DNA of 64,000 bases from Eledone cirrhosa (Eukaryota): NCBI GenBank assembly GCA_964016885.1, contig OZ024753.1, positions 10,044,001 to 10,108,000 of the forward strand. The letters are read 5' to 3'. Below, one piece after another: positions 1 through 10,104 of this stretch. The notes below the pieces were generated by a model. The model did no database searches, was not told the DNA's origin, and saw only the letters and a list, made by a program, of their open reading frames with translations. Position 1 is the first letter of the stretch. Every line of letters begins with the position of its first letter. Both the position numbers and the translations under genes were made by a program.

Positions 1-1556
1 TCATTGTTACAAGGGAGGAGGTGACACTCTAGAAAAGAGCAGTGAGTGACATTGTAGTCATTGTTACAAGGGAGGAGGTGACACTCTAGAAAAGAGCAGT
101 GAGTGACGTTGTAGTCATTGTTACAAGGGAGGAGGTGACACTCTAGAAAAGAGCAGTGAGTGACGTTGTAGTCATTGTTACAAGGGAGGAGGTGACACTC
201 TAGAAAAGAGCAGTGAGTGACGTTGTAGTCATTGTTACAAGGGAGGAGGTGACACTCTAGAAAAGAGCAGTGAGTGACGTTGTAGTCATTGTTACAAGGG
301 AGGAGGTGACACTCTAGAAAAGAGCAGTGAGTGACATTGTAGTCATTGTTACAAGGGAGGAGGTGACACTCTAGAAAAGAGCAGTGAGTGACGTTGTAGT
401 CATTGTTACAAGGGAGGAGGTGACACTCTAGAAAAGAGCAGTGAGTGACGTTGTAGTCATTGTTACAAGGGAGGAGGTGACACTCTAGAAAAGAGCAGTG
501 AGTGACGTTGTAGTCATTGTTACAAGGGAGGAGGTGACACTCTAGAAAAGAGCAGTGAGTGACATTGTAGTCATTGTTACAAGGGAGGAGGTGACACTCT
601 AGAAAAGAGCAGTGAGTGACGTTGTAGTCATTGTTACAAGGGAGGAGGTGACACTCTAGAAAAGAGCAGTGAGTGACGTTGTAGTCATTGTTACAAGGGA
701 GGAGGTGACACTCTAGCAAAGAGCAGTGAGTGACGTAGTCATTGTTACAAGGGAGGAGGTGACACTCTAGAAAAGAGCAGTTAGTGACGTTGTAGTCATT
801 GTTACAAGGGAGGAGGTGACACTCTAGAAAAGAGCAGTTAGTGACGTTGTAGTCATTGTTACAAGGGAGGAGGTGACACTCTAGAAAAGAGCAGTGAGTG
901 ACGTTGTAGTCATTGTTACAAGGGAGGTGGTGACACTCTAGAAAAGAGCAGTGAGTGATGTTGTAGTCATTGTTACAAGGGAGGAGGTGACACTCTAGAA
1001 AAGAGCAGTTAGTGACATTGTAGTCATTGTTACAAGGGAGGAGGTGACACTCTAGAAAAGAGCAGTGAGTGACGTTGTAGTCATTGTTACAAGGGGGGAG
1101 GTGACACTCTAGAAAAGAGCAGTTAGTGACATTGTAGTCATTGTTACAAGGGAGGAGGTGACACTCTAGAAAAGAGCAGTGAGTGACGTTGTAGTCATTG
1201 TTACAAGGGAGGAGGTGACACTCTAGAAAAGAGCAGTGAGTGACGTTGTAGTCATTGTTACAAGGGGTGAGGTGACACTCTAGAAAAGAGCAGTGAGTGA
1301 CGTTGTAGTCATTGTTACAAGGGAGGAGGTGACACTCTAGAAAAGAGCAGTGAGTGACGTTGTAGTCATTGTTACAAGGGAGGAGGTGACACTCTAGAAA
1401 AGAGCAGTGAGTGACGTTGTAGTCATTGTTACAAGGGGTGAGGTGACACTCTAGAAAAGAGCAGTGAGTGACGTTGTAGTCATTGTTACAAGGGAGGAGG
1501 TGACACTCTAGAAAAGAGCAGTTAGTGACGTTGTAGTCATTGTTACAAGGGAGGTG
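1..1556. repeat. 57-bp tandem satellite, about 27 copies, runs off the window start
   Basis: Unit TCATTGTTACAAGGGAGGAGGTGACACTCTAGAAAAGAGCAGTGAGTGACGTTGTAG repeats with few substitutions. Confidence 0.97.
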
Positions 1557-2101
1557 ACTCTCGAGAAAGGACAGTGACATTGAACTGATGTGAAAGAGAC
1601 TAAAGAAATTTTAGCACAGTTAATTAGGGATTGAAAATTACCAGTAAATATAAAATAGGATCCATGATTGCTTAATTCCTTAACTATTGCTAAAATATTG
1701 AAACCTGGAGCTGCTGTTCAGAAAATTGCAGTGTTTCAGAAACATTTGATATTTCACATCCCTCCTCCCCCTCCTTTGTTTGATATCAATATATGTTGAT
1801 ATGAAGCACCAAATAAATTGCAATTTGCTTTGCTTAGCAACAAGCTGTTAGATGTTGAGGAAAGGAAGTAGGCTTATTGTGAGATAAATAGCTGAAAAAA
1901 GAAATTGTTATTGGATGGTGGGATGGTTAATTTTTGAGAAATTAGGAAGTTGTCAATTAAACCCAGAGAGAGATATGGAGGAGGAGGGGGGGGGGTGATA
2001 GAGAACAAAGATATTTAAAACAAAACAACCAATTTACTGTTAAGCAGATTTTTTAATGACTTTGTATTTTGTTTCAATTAATTTTCATTTATTAACGGTA
2101 G

Positions 2102-2154
2102 GAGAAGCATATGTTATCTTTGTGGAGGATGAAACTCAGTTTATCAACTCTACT
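2102..2154 (+). CDS. Weak candidate upstream coding exon, (G)EAYVIFVEDETQFINST, possibly part of the MFSD14-like gene
   Basis: T-rich tract and AG at 2100-2101, GTAAGG donor at 2155, open frame ending in phase 0, non-repetitive sequence; no homology recognised. Confidence 0.25.
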
Positions 2155-2264
2155 GTAAGGCTAACATTTAATTATTGGCAGCAACAACAACTGCAACAAC
2201 AACACCTTCACAGCTGTTGATATTATTACAGAAATATTTTATTCATATATCACCAGTTGGATAT

Positions 2265-2599
2265 CATCATCATCATTTCATTTTACGTCCGCCTTTTCCC
2301 TGCTTGCAAGGGTGGGACGGGAACTGATTCTGGCTTGATTTCTACAGCTGGATGCCCTTCCTAACACCAACCTCATTTACAGTGAGTGCTGGGTGCTTTT
2401 TTGCCGTGGCACCTCCACGACCACTTTGCAGTGGAATGATAGGGACCCCAGTCATCTCATTTCTACAGCTGAGTAAACTGGAGCAATGTGAAATAAAGTG
2501 TCTTGCTCAAGGAAACAACACATCACCTAGTCTGAGAATTGAACTCACAACCTTTCGATTGCAAGGCCAATGCTCTAACCACTAAGCCATGTGCCTCCA
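2265..2599 (-). mobile_element. tRNA-derived SINE family 1 (CORE-like centre, RTE-type tail)
   Basis: Minus strand head GGAGGCACATGGCTTAGTGGTTAGAGC...GAGTTCAATTCTC (A/B boxes), CCTTGAGCAAGACACTTT centre, GGAAGGGCATCCAGC tail ending in (GAT)n; many copies in window. Confidence 0.9.
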
Positions 2600-2654
2600 T
2601 GGATATATATATTTAATATGTATAGTTATGTAATAAACAACATAAGGCAATTAT

Positions 2655-2712
2655 TCCATTTACCAGTGGTTTCTTAAAAGCAAAAAATTTTGCTTTCAAT
2701 CCTCAGAATGAA
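2655..2712 (-). ncRNA. Type I hammerhead ribozyme motif (family A, minus arm)
   Basis: Reverse complement of the 2728-2785 motif. Confidence 0.75.
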
Positions 2713-2727
2713 AAAATCCTGTTTTTT

Positions 2728-2785
2728 TTCATTCTGAGGATTGAAAGCAAAATTTTTTGCTTTTAAGAAACCACTGGTAAATGGA
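2728..2785 (+). ncRNA. Type I hammerhead ribozyme motif (family A)
   Basis: TTCATT-CTGAGGA-stem II TTGAAAGCAAA/TTTGCTTTTAA-GAAA-CCA C TGG-TA-AATGGA; full core, predicted cut after GUA at 2779. Confidence 0.78.
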
Positions 2786-2884
2786 ATAATTGCCTTATGT
2801 GGTTTATTACATAACTATTAAGCTCTGTTACCTACATAGAGCACTCTTTTTTCCTGGACTTTTCCGACGGAATTACTTCATTTA

Positions 2885-4222
2885 TAGAATCAAAAGGCCT
2901 TAAAATTAACCTGACTAAGACTAAAGTTCTAGTTTGTAAGAAAGAAAATAAGGCGGTGGTCCCTTCCGGGAAGTGGCCATGCTCAGTGTGTAGGAAAGGC
3001 GTAGGTAGAAACTCCATTTTGTGTCCCAAATGCAAAGTATGGGTGCATAAAATATGTAGTGGGATACATGTGGCCGGTGCTCTGGTGCAATAAGTAGCAG
3101 CAAGTGCCCACAAAATACTAGCTCTTTCAACTGCGCAGAGGGTTCTATAGAAATAGTGGACAGCTTCCGTTACCTGGGTGACAAAATCAGCAGTGGGGGA
3201 GGGTGCTCTGAAAGTACAGTAGCTAGAGTCAGAACTGGATGGAAAAAGTTCAGAGAGCTTATACCACTATTAGCCGCTAAAGGGTTCACCCTAAAAATGA
3301 AAGGCAGGTTGTATGATGCCTGCATACGAACAGCAATGTTGCATGGCAGTGAGACCTGGGCATTGTGTGCAGAGGATATACGCAGACTAGAGAGGAACGA
3401 AGCTTGCATGCTCCGCTGGATGTGTAATAGTAATATACGTGAACGGCAAAGCATAAACGAACTAAGGAAAAAATTAGAAATAAGAGGGATCAGATGTTGT
3501 TTACTCGAGAGAAGGCTACATTGGTATGGTCACGTGATGCGCATGAAAGACGATAGCTGTATAACAGGGCAATAAAGATAGACGGTAGCCACGGAGTAGG
3601 CAGACCCAGAAAAACCTGGGACGAGCTGATAAATTCCGACCTCACACACTTACACCTCTCCAAGACAATGTCACTGGACCGAGACCTTTGGCGGTACTCA
3701 GTAATAGAGAAGACCCGCCTTACCTAAATACAAAGTAAAACCTACTACAGTCAGTAGGCATCTCTAACAAAATACACCCCTGTCCCACCACCTCCATCCC
3801 ATCCACACCGTCCCTTTCAATGTAAAGTTATGTTGGTGCCACAACACCCAGGCCGAAACAAATGAGATCGTGTAGGTGTCACGACAAAAAACACACAGTC
3901 CACGCTGTAATGTGGCCGTGTAGGCAACACGGTAAAAACCTCCCAGCCCCACTCTGTAAATGTGGTTGGTGTTAGGAAGGGCATCCAGCCGTAGAAAACC
4001 CGCCAGACAGTCCACGCTGTAATGTGGCCGTGTAGGCAACACGGTAAAAACCTCGCAGCCCCACACTGTAAATGTGGTTGGTGTTAGGAAGGGCATCCAG
4101 CTGTAGAAAACCCGCCAGACAGTCCTATGCGAGCAAGACAATCACTCTTGCCTCAAGTGGGAAATACCCCCGTCCAAACCCATGCAAGCGTGGAACACGG
4201 ACGTTAAACGTTGATGATGATG
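2885..4222 (+). mobile_element. 5'-truncated RTE-clade LINE (RT C-terminus plus 3' UTR)
   Basis: KGLKINLTKTK, Cys-rich insert, FRYLG, LHGSETW, RRLHWYGHVMRM, GRPRKTW; frameshifted; (GAT)n tail. Confidence 0.92.
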
Positions 4223-4446
4223 AAATATATATTAATTCAAAATATTAACAAAAATAGAACTTCTTGTGATCAAGTATATTTTATTATACATATTTCAGAG
4301 GTACTGAGCTAAAAAGCACCGTCCACACAAGTGTCTTGCTCAAGGAAACAACACATCCTCAGTCCGAGAATTGAACTCACAATCTTTTGATTGCAAGCCC
4401 AATGCTCTAACCACTATATATATATATATATATATATGTAGTTCCA

Positions 4447-4600
4447 CAGCAATTAGTTCACCATACTGAGAACAAATGTTTCACCTCAGCTCGGTCTAAG
4501 ATTCATTTTGACCAAGCTCAGGATTCGAATAAGGTGAAACATTTGTTCTCTGTATAGACTGAGTGCTCTCCCACTCCGGATATAACCCTCCATTGTTCTA
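4447..4600 (+). mobile_element. Short hairpin remnant between (TA)n tracts with a hammerhead-like GAAAC 3' half
   Basis: Inverted arms GAGAACAAATGTTTCACCT / AGGTGAAACATTTGTTCTC; no CUGANGA box. Confidence 0.45.
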
Positions 4601-4863
4601 CTATATATATATACTTTGAGAAAATGTATGGTCAATTTGTATTTATATTAAAGGAATGTGGGTTCTGTTTATGAATCTATTTAGTTCTAGAGGATTCTAA
4701 TGCTACAATCAGATTTTTACCACATTTTTATAGCAAATTCTTCTTATCCTGGGTTTTCCCAGCATGCACTGCACTGTCTATTTAAATACATATACAGTTA
4801 AACTATTTTAATTAGTGGGAAATTTACAGGTTTTGAAAGCATGTTGAACCTTTTATATGGAGT

Positions 4864-4894
<31 letters not shown>

Positions 4895-5249
4895 TATGCA
4901 TGTTTTGCTATCAAACTTTGCAAATCTGGACAAGTTTTGTATATTCTAGGGAGTGGAGATAGCAATGTTTTGAGCAAAGCCCTTCTACATATATACAAGC
5001 TTGTTAGAATCATTTTTCTGGTGTAGGTCCCAACACTGTTCTACATTTCTGTTGATTCTGGTTTTTCTTTAACTGTTTAGCATTTAAACTGGCCGTATCT
5101 GGCCACAAATCTCTCACCTGTAGGAGTGTTGTATTGACATATCAATCCAACTAAAATAAGTAATTATACCTTAATAAATGTCTGCCCCCAGCTTTAGATT
5201 CTAGTAAGAAAATACACATTATATATATATATATATATATAAATATATA

Positions 5250-5450
5250 TATGAAAAGATTCAGGACCCTGACGGCTGAGCTCCAGCCATCTCAACAGCT
5301 AGATCTGAACTGTTCAGATCTAACTGTCGAAACGGCTAGAGCTCAGCCGTCGGGGTCCCGAATCTTTTCATATTACCCACTCTGCTACCCCAAGTACCGA
5401 GTACTCTGGTGGGTTATGGTCCACCTGGTATTTTACCACACCCTTTCTGA
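5250..5450 (+). mobile_element. (TA)n-embedded asymmetric hairpin element, family D (hammerhead 3' half)
   Basis: Palindrome 5250-5372 centred near 5311; GAAA-CGGC...GCCG-TC-GGGGTCC; homologous to 55623-55807 and 59363-59527. Confidence 0.7.
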
Positions 5451-5524
5451 TATATATATATATAATACAGAGTACCCGACCTCACATGGGTACAAGCTGA
5501 AGCATATAGACAATATGCCCCCAC

Positions 5525-5993
5525 ACTCCCCACTGCAAGATGGTCGTGGAGGTGCCACGGCAAAAAAGCACCCAGCCCACACTGTAAAGTGGACGTGTAG
5601 GCGCCATGAAAAAGCATCCAGCACTCACTGTAAATGAGGTTGGTGTTAGGAAGGGCATCCAGCTGTAGAAATCAAGCCAAATCAGTTCCTGTATGAGCAA
5701 GGCCCTTCCTAACACCAACCTCATTTACAATGAGTGCTGGGTGCTTTTTTGCCGTGGCACCTCCACGACCACTTTGCAGTCCCTATCATCTCATTTCTAC
5801 AGCTGAGTAAACTGAAGCAATGTGAAATAAAGTGTCTTGTTCAAGGAAACAACACATCACCCGGTCTGAGAATTGAACTCACAACCTTTCGATTGCAAGG
5901 CCAATGCTCTAACCACTAAGCCATGTGCCTCCATTGCTCTAACCACAAAGCCATGTGCCTCCATTGCTCTAACCACAAAGCCATGTGCCTCCA
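5525..5993. mobile_element. Two SINE family 1 pieces joined in opposite orientation; 30-bp head segment triplicated
   Basis: Plus-strand tail 5525-5700 abuts a minus-strand copy 5702-5932; TTGCTCTAACCACAAAGCCATGTGCCTCCA x3. Confidence 0.85.
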
Positions 5994-6063
5994 TATATAT
6001 ATATATATATATAAAGAATGAAGAATAACAGGTAGACATCATAAAAAGGTAATTTATTCCGTG

Positions 6064-6175
6064 TGCTTAAAAATGTTTCCACGGTGGTTATACAGCCTAG
6101 TTATGCTATGTGCAAATTTATAACTATTTGCAAAACTCAATTATAAAATGCTGTGACCACTGTATCATCAGAGCA
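6064..6175 (-). ncRNA. Hammerhead-like motif with long stem II
   Basis: Minus strand TGCT-CTGATGA-TACAGTGGTCACAGC...GCTGTATAACCACCGTG-GAAAC-ATTTT-TA-AGCA; stem III is weak. Confidence 0.5.
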
Positions 6176-7049
6176 GAATGGTTAATATATATATATATAT
6201 AAATTACACAATTATCAAAGTTATTATATATATTATACACCCCCCACCGCAAGGTGGTCGTGGAGGTGCCACGGCAAAAAAGCACCCAGCCCACACTGTA
6301 AAGTGGACGTGTAGGCGCCACGAAAAAGCACCCAGCACTCACTGTAAATGAGGTTGGTGTTAGGAAGGGCATCCAGCTGTAGAAATCAAGCCAGATCAGT
6401 TCCTGTATGAGCAAGGCATGGTCAGCCGACCAGACACTGCCCACAACAGGACAACCCGTCTAACCCATGCTAGCGTGGAAGAACGGACGTAAAACGGTGA
6501 TGATGATGATGATATATATATATTATATATATATATATATGTGTGTGTATGTATGGTCCTGTAACTAATGATAGTCGTAGTGGCGCTGTATTGACATACA
6601 GCGTTTCTTGGGAATTTTAAGCCTGGTGGAGTCCATCCCTCTCCAGGCCTGAGTACAGTAGATTTGTTCCAAAGGAAGATAGGAAGTGAGAAAGAGATAT
6701 AGAGAAAGAATCAACCCCAATACTAGACTGGTACTTTTTTTATCGACCTTGAAAGGATGAAAGGCAAAGTTGACTTCGGTTGGATTTGAACTCAGAGAGC
6801 TAGAACCAATACCATAAAGCATTCTATCTGACATTCTAACGACTTTGCCAATTCACCGCCTATATATGTGTCTTTAATGCATCAAAACATGAGCAACCCA
6901 CAGCAGACAGCCGAAGAGCGTGAAATGTCTTATTTTTATGTTTCCCCTACATTTACGAAACAATATATATTTCCAAGAGATGTCAGCATGAATGGATCTG
7001 TTAGTTTTATCTAAAGACATTTTTTCCAGTTCCACCCCTTCAATCTATC

Positions 7050-7165
7050 TTATTTCTCATTCTTTCTTCTGGTGAAGGACTAGCTTCCGAAATATTTCAA
7101 GCATTAACCTAATATATTCCTTCCATATACTGTACCGATTGTGTTGTTATTTCTGTTTACCTTTT
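7050..7165 (+). mobile_element. Degenerate copy of hammerhead-bearing family B
   Basis: CTGGTGAAGGACTAGCTTCCGAAA then sequence matching the reverse complement of 21202-21335 with a deletion; ends at (TA)n. Confidence 0.6.
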
Positions 7166-7407
7166 ACATACATATGTATATATATATATATATAGGTACA
7201 CAAATACACACAATTTTAACATTCTGTAGTACAGTAGCTATGATGACAATATGTAGAATATTAACGGCATTTAGCTTGTCTCAGTTTCATTAACTCAACA
7301 TTCCTCAACTAATTGAAGATTGCCAGCATCTTTTAAAAGCAATGTACAAAGGACCAGTCCAAACCATGCAAGAATGGAACACTGGATGTAAAATGAAAAT
7401 GATCATG

Positions 7408-7447
<40 letters not shown>

Positions 7448-8340
7448 CCAGAATCAGTCCTGTATGAGCAAGATATTACAGTGTGGACGGGGTGTTTTTG
7501 TTGTGACGCCTGCATGGCCACTTTACAGTGTGGGCTGACTGCTTTTTGTTGTGACACCTACACGACCACTCTCCAGTCTGGGCTGGGTGCTTTTTGTTGT
7601 GACACCTACACGACCACTTTACAGTGTGGGCTGGGTGCTTTTTGTCGTGGCACCTACATGACCACTTTACAGTATATATATATATTTAAATATATATATG
7701 CATCTGGTACATATATCTAATACTCTGTATAAGTACATAACCCTCAAATGTGGGCGCACATCTATCATATGTGATTAACCACCAACAAACCAATCACAAG
7801 ATTAGTAGCCTAACCAAATAAATAGGGCTCTCATTATGTTATAGATGTCATACTGTTGTTGTCATTTTGAAATATCTAGATTTACATGGGAATAAACGTG
7901 CGCAAGAAATTTTCACACAGATACTGGTGTGAAAGCTAAATACACTATCTTCGGTTTGGTATTCATGCCAACACTTACCTATGGTCAAGAATTTGGGCAA
8001 TGCCTTGAAGAATATGATCCCAAATGCAAGTATCTGAAGTGGGGTTCCTCTGAAAGGACTTTGCAGTAATATTACAGATACTGGCTGTGTGGGTGTTGAC
8101 CTTAAATAGAAAATATAACTTAGCTTTCAGCTATTTATTGGATCAATATAGAAAATATGTAACTATAGTTGTCTGATGGACATTGTAGAACGCAGATAGA
8201 TAATGAATCTCTTAGTTGACTGAGTCTCTTCACCTGAAACATGTGGCTTGAAAAGTTTCTCCACTCTCACTTTTATTCATTCATACATTCCTTTTTTTTT
8301 TTTTTGTCTTTCTTTGTTTTATTATATTTTCTTAATGCAG

Positions 8341-8412
8341 CTCAAGAAAAAAAATGAACTGACAGGCTCAAAGAATTCTGAAATGATGTCTAGTGAATAT
8401 GACAATGTAAAG
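8341..8412 (+). CDS. Candidate coding exon LKKKNELTGSKNSEMMSSEYDNVK, probably N-terminal region of the MFSD14-like gene
   Basis: Strong polypyrimidine tract and CAG at 8338-8340; open 72 nt; AAG|GTTAAT donor (alternative AAT|GTAAAG at 8407); phase 0 fits the 26038 exon. Confidence 0.45.
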
Positions 8413-10104
8413 GTTAATTTGTTTTTGCTAGAATTCTGTGGAATAGAACTTATTTCCTTGCTGATTTTACTGACTTAATTTTTTTTTTTTTTTTTTTTTT
8501 TTTGCGCTCACTGAAACTTTACTACCCACCCTCTCGTTAATGCTTTTTGTTGTCACTTATTAAAAAAGCGTGTGTTTTAGTTGTATTTCATATGTGGGTT
8601 TATATATAAATCAATGGCAATTAACCAACATACTTTTTACTACATGTGTGTGTGTCTATCTATATATATATTATATATATATATAAATCTAGAGAGAAGT
8701 TGAAAATGCAATTTCAATCTATAAGAGGATTCTTTTAACGGTTTTGCAGTTTGATGATTTTCAAACGTTAACCAGATATTTCTCCATCTCCCTTAACTTT
8801 TGACAATCATGAAACTGGTAAAGATTTTGTTAATTACATTTTCAACTTTTTCCTATATTATTAATATATATATGTATATATATATTGTGGGTTCATGTGG
8901 TATATATCTAACTGCGGGTTGTTGATTTTTTTGTTGTTGTTTCTTTGCTGAGACATCAGACTAAGTGGTGACAATATTGAATTGTTGCTGATCATATGTT
9001 GATATCTTGTCATTTGTATTGTCTATGGGGTTTTGTCTCACATATGGGTTCCCCCCTAATTAACCCTCATCATTAACCATTGTGTTTTACCTTCATTATT
9101 CCATCTGAGGCTGCTTCTTTAATTTTCTGAGTTATTCAACAAATTATGCGGTGTCCATTTTGGTTTTACTCTCTACATGTCCTTCTTTTCATCATCATCA
9201 TTTTACGTCAGCTTTTAAGATATAAACGCCAGGTGGTGCTATTAAGTTAGACATGGCCTGGGCCAATACTGGCTGAAACTTATCAAAGTTATATAAATAG
9301 CCAACAAATGTTTTTAGATCTTAACGTATTTTTGTGGTAAAGGCTTTGTTACATAATTATATCACATAATATTGAATCTATGAGATTTTGGTATTATTTA
9401 TTTTGAGAACAATTCCTTAAAAAAGGATGAACAACCAGTTGCACCCGGTTTGAACAGAAAGAGGTGACAGAGTTCTGGCTGGATATGGCCGGTTTAAATG
9501 CTAAAGGGTTAAACCAGCTCCCTCATCAGACTCTGGTCTGGTGATGAGTTAAATGGGCGGGCGGATGAACACCTCAGAGTCAACGGGCACCCACCTCAAC
9601 TATGGGTTAAATAAAATCACCAACCCACAATTGGCCAAGCATGGTAAGTACAGCTATACCTCTGATATGATCAAAACCAAATAGAAAGCAGTGGAGGTCA
9701 ACCAGGATTGAGAAGGCCCTGGATTGGTGATGACAGATCTATTGTCCTTTGAAAAAGCTTTCACTCTCCTCTTAGAACCACCTGATTCATGTTCATTACT
9801 TTGGGTAGAGGGTGTCATTAAAATGTTGGATTAAATGCCTTTTGTTGTTTATACCAGCTCTTTGTGCTCTGAGTTCAAATCCAGCTGAGGTCAACTTTGC
9901 CTTTCATCCTTTCGGAGTCAGTAAAATACCAGTGTAGGGCAGTGAGTGGATTGATGGAATTGCTAGGGTGTTGGGCGTGATGTCTTGTGGTATCTATTCT
10001 GGTTCTGTGTGGTCTGAGTTCAAATCTTGCTTCCTGACACTGGAAAAATGGGACCGTGATAGGTGTGGAATCCCTATTAGTAAAATACCCAGGAAACATC
10101 TTAT

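Larger units (their letters stand above)
2622..2884. mobile_element. Asymmetric hairpin element with two inverted hammerheads (Penelope-like/retrozyme-like, family A)
   Basis: Near-perfect palindrome 2622-2818; longer arm continues to about 2884; homologous to 61570-61880. Confidence 0.75.
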
